A DNA stretch of 64,000 bases from Hydrolagus colliei (taxonomy: Eukaryota): positions 23,932,001-23,996,000 of the forward strand of contig CM068747.1 in the NCBI GenBank assembly GCA_035084275.1, in the 5' to 3' direction. Positions 38,171-50,411 of this stretch are shown here, one piece after another. The notes below the pieces were generated by a model. It did no database searches. It was not told where the DNA came from and saw nothing but the letters and a program-made list of their open reading frames with translations. The first letter of the stretch is position 1. Every line of letters begins with the position of its first letter. Made by a program: the position numbers and the translations under genes.

Positions 38171-38614
38171 AGGTTAATTGTACAACCCCTGACATAATGA
38201 AGATTCACATATTGAATCCCATTGGTTCACAATCAGCTTGAGGACCATGACATTCTCTTAACTCAAAATCCTGGCATCACCACCATCCACATCTGTCGTT
38301 GCACTTCACATTGAGGTCACCACATAAATGGGACTTACAAGTGCAATGACACGTTTTGAAAAGTAGCAATGGGATTTGAAGTGGAACGCGTGGCAACGGA
38401 GCAGACAGCTTTCTATCCACATGTGCAGAGGCCACTGGTCATGTAATTGGTGGTATCACAAGTAGGAAGCACTGATGAATGGCAAGCTCTTTATATTCAA
38501 GGCACTTATGGAGTGAACTCGAATCTTCTGGTCCTCATTAACCTATTGTATTATTATTGTTATAAGTAGTAGTATTATTAATGGACACTCATACCAATAC
38601 TTTATAAAGAGCAG

Positions 38615-38851
38615 ATAATAATAATAATCCTTGCATTTGATATAGCGCTTTTCACATCTTCTACACGTTTCAAAGCGCTTCACAGAATATACTGTAAAGT
38701 GAATTGACTGTATATTTGTGGGCAAAATGCGACAGCCAAATGCGCACAACAGTGTCCCATAAACAGTCGTGGATTGAAATGGCCAATTTTATCACTGTAG
38801 TGTTTTTTTGAGGGATATTATCAGGCATGTGGAGTAAGGAAACTTGCCCAG
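38615..38851 (-). mobile_element. Deu-type SINE lacking the tRNA head
   Basis: Aligns to the full copies up to ggagtaaggaaacttgccca. Confidence 0.92.
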
Positions 38852-39607
38852 ATGTATAGATGTACTCAGCTGACCCAACATGAAGCAAATCTGTCAAATA
38901 AAATGTAAAACAGCATAATTTTAGTGGAGTGGAGTTATTACCAATTTCCTAAAATATTACCTTCATAAAAGACTTATTTGTACTTGCTGGTAAGTGTAAA
39001 CCCATAATAATGTGGTTGCTGCCACTTTAGAGAAGATAATGACTGGGTGTTATTGGTAGTGAGAAAATGTGCAAAGAGTAAAATGTGTTCACATTAACTT
39101 ATATGAGAAATGTTTAACTGTGAAACATGATACTTATCCAATTTGGACCACCCAATCAGTTAGAGCACTGGTGGCCAACAGTTATGGTTTGCCAACACTA
39201 TAAATATTTTTATTCGCATATTTCGATTACTTGAATAAATCAAGGAATATTCAATCAAGAAAAAACGGAAAACACACAAACAATTAAACATGGACTTAAC
39301 TAGACACATGACAATGTTTGGGGGGAGCTGATTCTTGATTGCCCCGTAGGTTACAGAGTTAGAGCTTTAGCTCACAATGTTTAGGACATGTCTGCACATC
39401 CAATTCTCATTTATGTCCTTGATAAAACTAGGTGATAAATTGACCGACCATCAAACGGAACTTGGATTACTGTTTGATTAGACTTGTCTCCACAGTGACA
39501 ATCCATTACATAAGTCAACATTTACGATGTGAGGAGTTGCCAACTATGGCCTAACTAAGGTTCTCTTAAAACATCAACTGTTTTTATTGCTTCTCTCTGA
39601 ATCTTTT

Positions 39608-40029
39608 ACAACAATAAAATTACACTTGTACAGCACCTTTCGCGCCAGGAGCATGTCCCAAGGCCCTGGATAGTCATTGTTTCAGACACGAGCTGGAGTC
39701 GGGGACGGAGAGGGTGGAGGGAAAGTGGGGGATTTGGGGTGATCAATGGGACCGTCGAAGAGGAGGGACTTGGAGGAGGCCAGGGAGAGGGCAAGGTGGA
39801 GGGACTGCGGGATGGAGTTCCAAAGGTTGGGGGCAGAGTGGCTGAAGGCTCGCCCACCAATGGTGGCCGGGGTGGGTTGAGGGACATGGAGCAGGCTGGA
39901 GCCTGCCGAGCGGAGGTGGCAGGCAGGTTGGTAGCTGCTTAGGAGGTCGCAGAAATAGAGTGGGGCAAGGCCGTGGAGGGCCAGAATCTTGAATTGGATC
40001 CTCTGGGTGATGAGGAGCCAATGGAGCCC
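39608..40029 (-). mobile_element. L2 LINE 3' fragment
   Basis: LHWLLITQRIQFKIL...GLAP.Y..DLL...LRS...GGRAFS.SAP.LWNSIP. Confidence 0.93.
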
Positions 40030-40864
40030 ACCATTTACACCAACGAAAGACCATTTAACATACATTTACACTGCAAAATGATGTGTGGTTGCCATACATT
40101 ATGTTTGTTATAACTGTTGCAACCTAAATAACTTTTCTGATCAGCTTTAGTTAACTGTATAATTCACTTTATATCTGAAACATGAATGTATTAAACAACT
40201 GTTCAGTCAAGTCTATATTAATTTTATTTCTTTTTCTGAGCAGTCCACTGTGCTGTGTGATTTGATAGTGCACAAACTTTAGGCTTGCATTTAGCATTAC
40301 TTAACACATTATCTACATACATACTTAAGACAGTGCTTTCAATTAGTAGTACTGCACTCTACTTTCAATTAGTGGTACTTAACTCTCATACTTTACCTGA
40401 TGTCTTGCAGTTTGTATTTTCCTCTTTCCTCCCTCCTCGCCCTTCCCCTGGATTTCCCTCATCATGCACTGAATAGGGAAACCAACATAGACATCCTGGT
40501 CTCAAAACAATAGTGTTCTCGAACTGGCACCGGGTGATATGTGAGAAATGGCTATTCTCTCTTATTAGCATTGAAGCATCTGGCCTCTTGCTTTGTGTCT
40601 CCCTACAGCAGAGCAGGCTTGAGACAGGAACTCACTGGAGTTGAGATCAGTCCACACCCACCACTCCTTTCTAGTTTCTTTCAAATGTTCAGCAACAAAC
40701 CATACCGACAGAAGGATGCTGATTCAAATGCTTAGTTAGTTGATTTCAAATATAGCAGCAATTTGAATTTACAATTGGTCTCATCACCCTTTGGCTTCTG
40801 AGAGGAAATCAGCAAAAAAAAATCCTCCTTCTAATGTTTGGGAGCAGCAAAGATTCACCAGAAT

Positions 40865-41174
40865 ATAATAATAATAATCCTTGCATTTGATATAGCGTTT
40901 TCCACATCTTATCGATGTCTCAAAGCGCTTCAGAGAATATACTGTAAAGTCAATTGACTGTATATTTGTGGGCGAAATGCAGCAGCCAATTGCACACAGC
41001 AGTGTCCCACAAACAGTCGTGGATTGAAATGACCAATTTATTATAGTTTTTGGGGGACGGATTATTATTATTATAAGGAAACTTGTTCAAGGTTTCTCCT
41101 TGACCTGCCTGGATTCGAAACACAGGTCTCACGCTTGTAAGGCGAGTGCTCTAACCAGTAAGCTACAAGACTCC
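40865..41174 (-). mobile_element. Full-length tRNA-derived Deu-type SINE
   Basis: GGAGTCTTGTAGCTTACTGGTTAGAGCACTCGCCTTACAAGCG...TTCGAATCC head, Deu-like body, tail. Confidence 0.92.
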
Positions 41175-41237
41175 ACAAATACAGTATTATGAGAGATGAA
41201 CTGTTATATCTAAAAAGGCAAACTGTCAGGACAGATT

Positions 41238-41296
41238 TTGGATGTCCTCCCGACGTGAAAGGCACTATACAAACTCAATTTTGTTGTTGTTGTTGC
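41238..41296 (+). mobile_element. L2 tail-only insertion
   Basis: ttggatgtcctcccgacgtgaaaggcactatacaaa...(ttg)n. Confidence 0.8.
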
Positions 41297-41525
41297 TGAG
41301 CCAAGATTAGGAAGAGAATCTGATAAAGGTTTATGCAAGTTTTTGATAGGATAAATTGAGAATAATGTCTCTCTGTTCTTACTAATTGGTGAGTCAAGAA
41401 CAGAGGGCATCAACAGTAAAAAAAACCAGGGGTTATATTTTCTTTTATAACTACAATGGATAAGCTAGCATCAGAACAAACACAATGAGCCAAATGACCT
41501 CCTTCCATGCCATACATTTTTATGC

Positions 41526-41741
41526 TCCCCGCTGGAAAGTGTGTGCCTGTGGATGTTGGATGGAAACAGGATTGTGCTTGGCTGTGATGCTCCCACATTC
41601 GATTAGCCTGCTGACATTCAGTGAATAGACTTACACATGAAGAAAAATGGTCACTTGGGCAAATTCCAGAGGGCAACCAGCACCTCGGTACAGAACACTC
41701 TCCAGCAAAGAATCCGCTCCTTCAGCAGTGGGGGAGAAAAA
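41526..41741 (+). mobile_element. AmnSINE2-like 3' half (best-preserved copy)
   Basis: gctggaaagtgtgtgcctgtgga...caggatt...ggctgtgatgc...tagcctgctgaca...acacatgaaga...ggtcacttgggc...agagggc...ccttcag...ggggagaaaa. Confidence 0.7.
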
Positions 41742-42589
41742 GCATTTTGTTCTCCTTGCTTAAGTTTCGATTTTGATATTAACCTTGATTGAAGGTTAAC
41801 ACTGTACAGCTTAAAACCACCAAAAAGTATACGTGTGTGTCGGTGAGGGGGTTAGGGGATGCGAAGAGAGAAAAGTTTATTTCTATCACACATTTGCTTC
41901 CGTTCAACATTTTACCAGTCTGCTGTTCGTGCAGATTCCCTGTGCTCCAAAGCGCTGGACAAAACCTGTAAGAGATCCCACAAACACTCCAGTGCCTGGC
42001 AATTAAATGTGAAGGACTCCCAGCAAGGTCAGACTGTATGAGTATTTCAATACAGAATGAATGAAATTAAGTTTGAGGTTTATTTTCAAATACACCTATT
42101 TCAAGAACCAAATCCTCAGTTGTGAAACAGCGTGAACATAAATCTGCTGTGACCTTCTCCACAGACCTACACATTTACTTCTGATATTGATAAACTGACG
42201 GGTGACCAATTCCAGGCATTTCTTGAGGCATTTTAACCACATCTTTTGAAGCAATATGATAATCTTAATGTAAAGGAGACTGAGGTTAGTTAAAACCCAA
42301 CATTGGGGAATAAAAATATTTGGTGCCTTTCGGTGAATGCTGTGCATTCATTCAGTGAAACCCACTACAGATTGCTTCTTAACGTTGGTTATGTACCAAC
42401 CTTGTTTGTTCGATGAAATGAAACCATGACTACAACTTTCTTTTTTTTTTTGCATGGTGCGCTGCTGTACAGGTCAGTTTTCTTCATACACTTGTCCAGA
42501 CTGCTATGACAGATCAGATTTCAGCCCTTCTGGTAAACACACATACACACAGGTTAGATAGCAGTTAATTTGTGGTTGCAGCATTTATG

Positions 42590-42664
42590 TTCAGGACACG
42601 CCAGCGCCTTTGGACCTCCTCTCAATGTGAAAAGACCTATACAAATGTAATTTTGTTTGTGTTG
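42590..42664 (+). mobile_element. L2 tail-only insertion
   Basis: cagcgcctttggacctcctc...gtgaaaagacctatacaaatgtaattttgtt. Confidence 0.78.
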
Positions 42665-44311
42665 CTCGAGATCTAGTACATTGAGGTCCAATGCAAACAC
42701 TGTTGCTATTATTTTCTACCAAATAATGAAATCCTAATGGATAAGATGCCTTGGTATTGCTTCCATCGCATCTCCTTAAAGCTTGAACACCTCCATTCTG
42801 TTTTGCTATTGAAAGACACAAATCATACACAAATCCAATACTTTTCTTTTGCACCAAGGCAAAATACACGACTGGCACAGATAAGAGTAAAATATACAAA
42901 TAACAGTAGCTGGAGGCTTCACGCAATTGCTGCAACCTACTCTGGCACTGTCAATATCTTAACCTGACAAACTGATGATACTTATTGTGTGAATGATGCC
43001 CTGCATATGTGAAACCATTTGCAATAATTTATGTCACTTTTCCGCTATTGTTTCAACACAGCACATAAACTGCCTACCCAATATAACACTGTGTCAGCAA
43101 AAAAGCTGAACTCAGCCTTTTTCCTATAGTTGGGCACTGAGCAATCTGCACAGGGATGAACATACACAGGGCTGTCATTTGTCCAACACTATACATGATC
43201 TGAAGGTTTTTCACTTTAAACGCCAACCTATGTGGCAGATGATATATGTGTTTCTTCAGTTCTGTGATTACCAGCTCAGAGCCGTGGTGCAACACTCTTC
43301 ACCTCATCAGTTCCAGAAGCTGCGTTCCAACGTGGCTGAAGCATTTACAGTAAGATGGCTTCTGACATCCAGTGAGGAGGTGGCATTCTGCTGTAATTTT
43401 CCTTTATAGATTTTCGAACAAACCTTCTGCTGCTGGCCAAGTAAAACAATGCACCTGCTGGCCTATTAGTACCCGTGCATTATATTTGTGGATTTATCTT
43501 TTCAAAAACATCAGACCTTTATAGAAAGCTACTGTCACTGTCTAGATGCGGAGGCAGCAGCCAATTCTTCAAGCACATAACCCAGTTTGGATTTGTAAGA
43601 CCAGATAATGAGCAGCAGTTTTTCTTTGTAGTGAATCATTAATCAGAGAAATGATCCTTGCTAGTGTTTAGATGTTTTACTTAATTCCTTACCTCTGGCC
43701 TGCTGCCCCACTAGTGCCAAAATTATTATTTCTCACCCAGCAGGTGATAAATAACAACTTCAGCCATGATTAATACTGTGAATTTCTCAACCAGACTAAT
43801 GTAAAAAACGAAACCTGCAGAACAAGTGGGTGATAATTGTTGTGAGAGCCATGGGAGCTGTGGTCTTGCTAGTAAAAAATTCTGCAGGAAATGAAGCGCG
43901 CACTAGTAGCCCAGCTGATCCTAAGAGGCATCATTAGGAACACATCACTAGCAGCCTTCATTTGTACATCTCTGTACTTTCTTCTCCCAATTGTACATTT
44001 GAAACATTTGGTCGACACAAAAAAAATCTTGGAAATTTAATTTTTACACCTAGCTCTTGAAGTGAAAAGGTAAGAGTTGCAAGTACACAGGTTAAATCCT
44101 ACATAAAGCACCCGTCGAAAGAGTTAGTGACAACCACTAGTAACAATTATATCTTGTTACAGTCTGATCAGCAGACAGCGACACTGAAAGAAGAGGTAAC
44201 AGCACCATGGTTTGTATGTCTGTGACTTCGTTTTGGATAACCACTCTATCACCTGAGAAACAGATCTTTGAAGGTTAGGAGTGCCATGTATTATTAAAAT
44301 AATATATGATG

Positions 44312-44619
44312 ATAATAATAATCCTTGCATTTCATATAACGCTTTTCACATCTACTAGATGTCTCAAAGTGCTTCATAGCATATACCATAAAGTGAATCA
44401 ACTGTATTTGTGGTCAAAACGTGGCAGCCAATTACACACAGCTGTGTCCCACAAACAGTCGTGGATTGAAGTGACCAATTTATTATTGTTTTTTTCTTGA
44501 GGGAATATTATTAGGTGTGTGAAGTAAGGAAACATGCCCAATGTTTCACCCTGCTGGGAATTGAACCCGGGTCTCTCGCTTCAGAGTTGAGTGCTCCAAC
44601 TACTGAGCTACAGGACTCC
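44312..44619 (-). mobile_element. Full-length tRNA-derived Deu-type SINE
   Basis: GGAGTCCTGTAGCTCAGTAG...GGTTCAATTCC head, body, tail. Confidence 0.92.
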
Positions 44620-44749
44620 ACATTAATATAATATTTACGTCCTGTATATTGTTCTTCTGAATATGGTGATTATTTTAGAAAAATATAAACATCAGTCTGG
44701 TTCAGTTGGTAACACATTAGTCTTTAACTTCATGGCTGATTTATGAAAA

Positions 44750-44911
44750 ATTGTGTGGAACATTTCTGTCTGCAAATTGACTGCCATATTCACCCACAAA
44801 TAGTCAGTCACTACAGTTTACAGAAAAATCTCTGAAGTGCTTTTGAGAAAAATCTCTGAAGTGCTTTTGAGAAACTTCAATGTGATGACGTGCAATATCA
44901 AATGTAAGAAT
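44750..44911 (+). mobile_element. Older Deu-type SINE fragment with a perfect 24-bp tandem duplication (44822-44869)
   Basis: (agaaaaatctctgaagtgcttttg)x2 inside the SINE tail. Confidence 0.8.
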
Positions 44912-45619
44912 CCCTTTCCGCCATTGTCTGGCTGTAGTGCAAGCTTTTGCACATTGATTTTTCTGAATTTGGAGATTATTTATTTTTGTGCTCGTTTTTA
45001 ATTGAAAAAATGATTGCAATATTTTGTGGAGCCAAATGGTGATCTTGAGTACTGAATAAAATGTCACCCGTTTCAAATAATTTTAGGTTGTCTTTGAAAT
45101 TTAGCACAACAAATGCATCCGAGGAAAATGAAATTATGGAATGCACTCATTGTTTATCCAGGTAATATGTTTTATGATATGCAGATTCATTGGTTTTGGT
45201 ATCCCACAAATATTTTATATAATTCAGATACTGAAAAGATATATCAGACTAAATCAATGCCATGGAGGTCGTAAGACAACATGCTGATGACCAGTATGAC
45301 ACGTGACTAAGCTTCTTTGACCTTTTCATGTCTCACAGGACGTGTTCAAGTCTCAGCTAATTACTTCACTGCTCATTTATAATTTATAGCAGAAATTACT
45401 TGATAACGCCTGAATTCTTAACAAAGTCACTTCTCAGTCTAACTGGAGCAGATACATAAAGCAGTGCTGCTTTTGAGGATCTAATGGGTGACCTGAACTG
45501 CAACCAGTGCCACACGAGCCATTCAATTGCCTGAAGGAAATCACACAAAGATAAAATACATTTCAACTGGACAATTACAAGTTAATGTTGTTGTTTAAAC
45601 TAGATACAATAATTATTTA

Positions 45620-46315
45620 GGCTTTAACACAGCAGGTTCGATTTAATACAAATCAGAAGTAAAGCAAATGAAAATTGTTTGTAGTTTATATAAGGACCTA
45701 ATAGGAAGACTGACTTCAGAAGCTGCTTAAGGCTGACCCTCTCTCCCTGGCTCATTTCTGAAGGAGACACCTTTTGTATGCAAATATAAACTGGGGACTA
45801 ATCATCTTGTAAACACGAAGATCTTCTTTCAGTACACACTTGTTAAAATCCAAAGAGATTGGATTAACCATTTAGGCTTGTTGGAACTAACAGTAATCCT
45901 CTAATGTATAATGCGAGTTGCTTGCACTTGTGAAGTCGCTGTGTTTACCAAATAGTTACAGGCATTAGTTAAAAAAACACAGAGTAAGATCAAAGACATC
46001 ATTCTGTTTGTCTACATTATCATTTAATGTATTTTAAGGGGATACAGTTGCATTGAATGCCTCATTAAATTTGTATTAAATGGAAAAGTACTGGTTGGCC
46101 ATTTTAATCATTAGTGTCACTCACAAAATGTTGTTACAATCTCTTGTGATGCTGTTTTGCACGCAAAATCTGGCAGACGGCTGTTTTAGTACTTTTCAGT
46201 TTTCTCTTTTGAAACTTGTTGCAACACTATAGTGATCTGCTACCAAAAGAATTCATCTCCTTGCCTTGTGAAAGTTTTTTTTTGTCCTTTGTGTGTTTAT
46301 CTCGGGCAGAGTATC
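45620..46315 (-). other. MTX2: Probable MTX2 3' UTR; candidate ATTAAA poly(A) signals at 46103-46108, 46023-46028 and 45642-45647
   Basis: Repeat-free AT-rich sequence after the stop. I found no minus-strand AATAAA before ~44980. The 45642 ATTAAA overlaps an upstream TGTA and has U/GU-rich sequence downstream. The end point is a guess. Confidence 0.45.
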
Positions 46316-46508
46316 TCACAAGCTCCTGGAAGTGGGACTGAATGTACTTTCGTGGTCAAGCTCTTCAAAGTAGTTTTGTTCTATTCTTCGACAAAACTTT
46401 ACAAGGTTTTCGTAATTCTTCACTTTTTCACTTAGTGCGTCATTGGTAAGCTGAGTTGTAAGGATGGTGAACAGATGGCCGAACACCAGTGCATCCAGTT
46501 CTGTTGGC
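46316..46508 (-). CDS. MTX2: Metaxin-2 last coding exon (exon 10), end of the GST-C-like domain, TGA at 46316-46318
   Basis: gtgctgcag|G CCA ACA GAA...; (Q)[63 protein letters not shown], near-identical to human [48 protein letters not shown]. Confidence 0.98.
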
Positions 46509-47201
46509 CTGCAGCACAAACATTAATGGTTAGCTAACCACTACTTTGGAAGACAATGTCGAGGCCTACAGCAATATTCTGTCACGAAGAACAGGTTAAG
46601 GAAAGGTCATTGTAAGTGATATTAAGATAGCAGTTCTGTGTCCCCAATAAGCTGTTGGCATTTCCTAACTAAATTAAGCCAATCTCTGTAGGTTTCATAG
46701 ACGCACACCATCTTAATTTTTATTACTGTAATTTATTATACTTCTGCCTTGTGAAAAAACCTTCTGTCATTAACAGATTAATTACATTTTCCCAAATGAA
46801 CATAAATTAAATACACTAAAATAGCACACTTAGAAATGTAATGTAGAATACAAAGTCTTGTGACCATTGATAGTTGCTCTTCATCCCTCAGTGAAACAAA
46901 ACTGAACAGGGAATGCGTGCTCCCTGCCTCCCCTGAAGCTACTGTGCATAACAAAACCTTCCTTAAAATAGAATGGCGCACTTCAAATGGTAAAACACAT
47001 CGCTTCTGGGCGTTTCTTCTGCCAAGAAGTCCGATACTGTTAATAAAAGAACCTACATGGTGGTAACAGTAGAATTCCTTTGTACTAAAAGGCAAGACAA
47101 AAGGAAATAAGGGGATTGAGGAAATCAAAGGACAGCGCTGTTGGAAAAGAGCCATCTCTATGTTCTAGTGCTATACCCAAGATCATGACAATGAAACTTA
47201 C

Positions 47202-47278
47202 TGTCGGTTGAAGAAATAGGACTGGTTCCCAAGTCTTTGAGAGAGAGCTTGACAGCACTGATCCACATCTTCATAGAC
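47202..47278 (-). CDS. MTX2: Metaxin-2 coding exon 9 (77 nt)
   Basis: ggctgctag|GTC TAT GAA...AAC CGA CA|gtaagt; VYEDVDQCCQALSQRLGNQSYFFNR(Q); phase 0 to 2. Confidence 0.97.
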
Positions 47279-47819
47279 CTAGCAGCCAGACAAAAGGTTA
47301 CACCGAACATTTATGAATTTAAACCCAGACCAAATCCACCTAAAATACTTCAGCTCCTAATTAATTACAGCTAAATGTCAGTAATTTACTCCTATGTTTT
47401 ACATAGACATACACAACACAAGACAGTACCAAGAGAAAGGTCAGAATATCCAGATCTTCCTCAAAACTTAAATCTAAACTTTCATGAAGCAAATGAAAGA
47501 TTGAATGAAAGGTAACTGTAGAAATAAAGGAGCATGAATTCAGTGGTGCAATGTGCATTATCCAAGTGATGTGGTACAGTTATCTTGTACATTATGTGCT
47601 TTTATGCAGATAACATCTAAGAACTTGAACGAGTAATAACAAATTCTATGCACTGGGCTTCTTTTGTTGTTTCACGGTCGAAGAGGAGTTACTAAATCAT
47701 TTCCTATTTAGAATATTATGGATCACATAAGGTAATTCTGCAGTGAGCAGGCCATTAATTTTTTTAAATCTATGAAATATCCTTATTCATTTCAACAATC
47801 ATTTTCAGAATTCAGTAAC

Positions 47820-48120
47820 AAAATCAACATCAACTATTATAGCTCCCTCCATGCCAAGAAGCGTCACAGAACATTTAACATTGGCTGAGCCTGACTCCGA
47901 GCCGAGAGGAGTTGGTGGGAGGTGGCGTAAGCAGGATCGAAGAGGAAGGTTTTCAAGATGGGAAGTGGAAAGTGGGAGAGAAGGGGCAAGGCGGAGGGAT
48001 TGAGGAGAGTGATCCAGAGTTTGGGGGCGTAGTGGCTGAAAGTGCAACCTCCAATTATGGGGTGGAGGGTTCGAGGGACGAGCAGGAGGCTGGCGCCAGG
48101 CCAACAGAGGCTCCAGGTGC
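47820..48120 (-). mobile_element. L2 LINE 3' fragment in MTX2 intron 8
   Basis: LLLVPRTLHPIIGGCTFSHYAPKLW...LKTFLFD; gagcctgactccgagc 3' UTR. Confidence 0.88.
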
Positions 48121-49024
48121 TAGTTTGGGGAGTGAGTGGATTTGAGAGGATTCTTGTGAGGTGAGCATTCAATAGAATTCCAGAAATTGTTTCCTCAACG
48201 AGAAGACTAGGAATTAACAACCAATTACAGGATATTTTTTAAAATAGCTCAGAGGGGGTGATTCTCTCATGTAATTTCAGAGGCCAGGTGATATCCATAA
48301 ACAACTAAATCCCCGGATTTCTGTTTGTTTTTGAAGACACCTGGCCCCAGTATTTAATCACTCACTCTCTCACACACTAAAATTTTCTTTGAAGATCACT
48401 TGTGTTACATAGATTATATTCCTGATTGAAGCAATAAACTCGTCAGAAAAGGTGTGTTTTGCAATACACAACATCAGAGTTGATCAGATGCCAAGGCCGC
48501 AGGCTATTGTATCGAATCAATCAAAGTGTAGGGGGAGTTTATTACTGTACACTTCATAATACTGTATATTTGAGCTTGAGGGGAGTTAAAATTGCTAATT
48601 TGCGAAAGCACATTTTTGTTGGTTGCAAAAGTCACATATTCAATAAGAATTCCAGCGTTAGGTTTGGGTAAAGGTATCATTTTGTTGGCCAGCAACAAAT
48701 TCTGCCTTTTAATTCCTGAATGTACTGATGAAAAGCCTTGTCACAGGGATGTCAGTGAATTGGTCAGACAACTGATTTAGTTTTGAATAGAATTACTCAT
48801 GCAATCTTTACCGCTCAATTCCTATGTACAAAAAAGTTTTTTTTGAGATTCGGTTTTCATCAGTATTGCAAATTCAAATTTTGTAAATGTGGGAAACAGT
48901 CTACTTCCGCAAGTTTAAAAAATAAACACATCTTAAAGTATATAGAAATGTTACTTTGCTTATAATTCAACATTTTAAAACAGCAAACTGTTTCAAATGG
49001 TACTGAAAAATGACAATAACTGAC

Positions 49025-49150
49025 CTGTGAAAGGTTCTTCCCAGCCCATCCAACGGCTTTCATCTTGCGTCTTACTTCCCATTGTTTCTGATAGGCCAGG
49101 ATATGGTTAAGAGGCCAAGGATAGGGAGAGCCATATCTAGATCGAGTTAT
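49025..49150 (-). CDS. MTX2: Metaxin-2 coding exon 8 (126 nt)
   Basis: gtattaaaag|ATA ACT CGA...TCA CAG|gtcagt; [42 protein letters not shown]. Confidence 0.97.
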
Positions 49151-49719
49151 CTTTTAATACCAAAAAGGTTGAACATTTTAGTTTGCAAAGTCCATGAACT
49201 ATTAGGCTATATAAATCCTTTAATTAAGAGTAATATACCACATAAATAAATCCCTATTCCTTGTCACCTTTTTCTATATTCCAATCTATTTGCAAATGAT
49301 TGGTAATGTGTTAATTGGTTATAAGTATACACAGAATATTATACATGTCAAATGGAAATAACACTACAAAAAAATTGAGAAGGCACAGTAACAGTATTTC
49401 AACAGTTATTTAAGAGGTAAGGCTTACAAAGGTCAATGAATGACTTGTTCGTCGTTTCATTTCTGAAAATTTCTTTCAGCTAAATTCGAATTGTAACTCA
49501 ACATAGTCAGTGGCTTTGGGAGAAAGAGAGAGAAGAAAAATAATCTGGTAAAGTGCTTAATTGCTATGCTGAATTATCCTCTAGCAGAGATGGGTAGACA
49601 ATACCATCTTTAGTTAAGAAGGCTCTAGATATGGTAATCTGATGCTCCGCGGATCTCTACTCCCCCACACCTTCCATTTGGCCTGGCCTGTATCCATTGT
49701 GTCAACACACAACAACTAT

Positions 49720-50282
49720 AGTTAAATCTCATATGTGGGCACCTCAGTAATGAGGGTAACTCACTCTTCAGGTCTCTTCACAGTCTATTTATTTCCTCAA
49801 TTTGAATGGATGGAGATCAAAATCCCAAATGCAATGATGGCATCTCACCAATAAGAGCAAATAGGCTAGTCCATTGACTGCTATTATAAGGAGAAAACAT
49901 CTCAATAGTCAAGTTATGCCATTTTCCTCCTTATATTGAAGTGTTTAACAAAAGTAGGATCATAGCAATTATGATAACAGTTTAGGCAGAAATTGGTTTA
50001 TTGCCATCCAAATGATTTTATAGGTTCTACAATAATGTGTTGTCCGACTATGACAACATTTTTTAGAAAATCATATAAAGTTCCCTTGTATTGGAATATT
50101 TTGTAAAAATAGTGGCAGTGGAAATTTTCTATTAAGGGCAGTCAAGAATGACCTGGTTTTGCTCATTAAGAAGTTTGATATTTTGGTTACCATCTGTTCC
50201 TATTAAAAACAAAGGCTGTGGAAAATTGCCCTGAATAGTGAGTTGCCCTCATTACTGAGGTGCTCAGAGGGTGAGCTTCAAT
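49720..50282. mobile_element. Ancient palindromic (fold-back, MITE-like) element in MTX2 intron 7
   Basis: 49739-49772 matches the reverse complement of 50230-50263 at 32/34; weaker complementarity continues inward. Confidence 0.7.
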
Positions 50283-50411
50283 TTGACTCAAAGAAAATAT
50301 GCAAAACATTGAGGTTTTCAAATTAACGCTATTATTCTAGGTTCATCGATACGTTTACAAATTAAAAGATCCATTTTGTGAAACTTTATAACTTGCTAAG
50401 ACATTACACAC

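Noticed and set aside
44545-44619. tRNA-like sequences (also ~20000-20076, ~28090-28165, ~41100-41174)
   Set aside because: They are SINE heads attached to Deu-like bodies and L2-type tails, with no intact acceptor stem.
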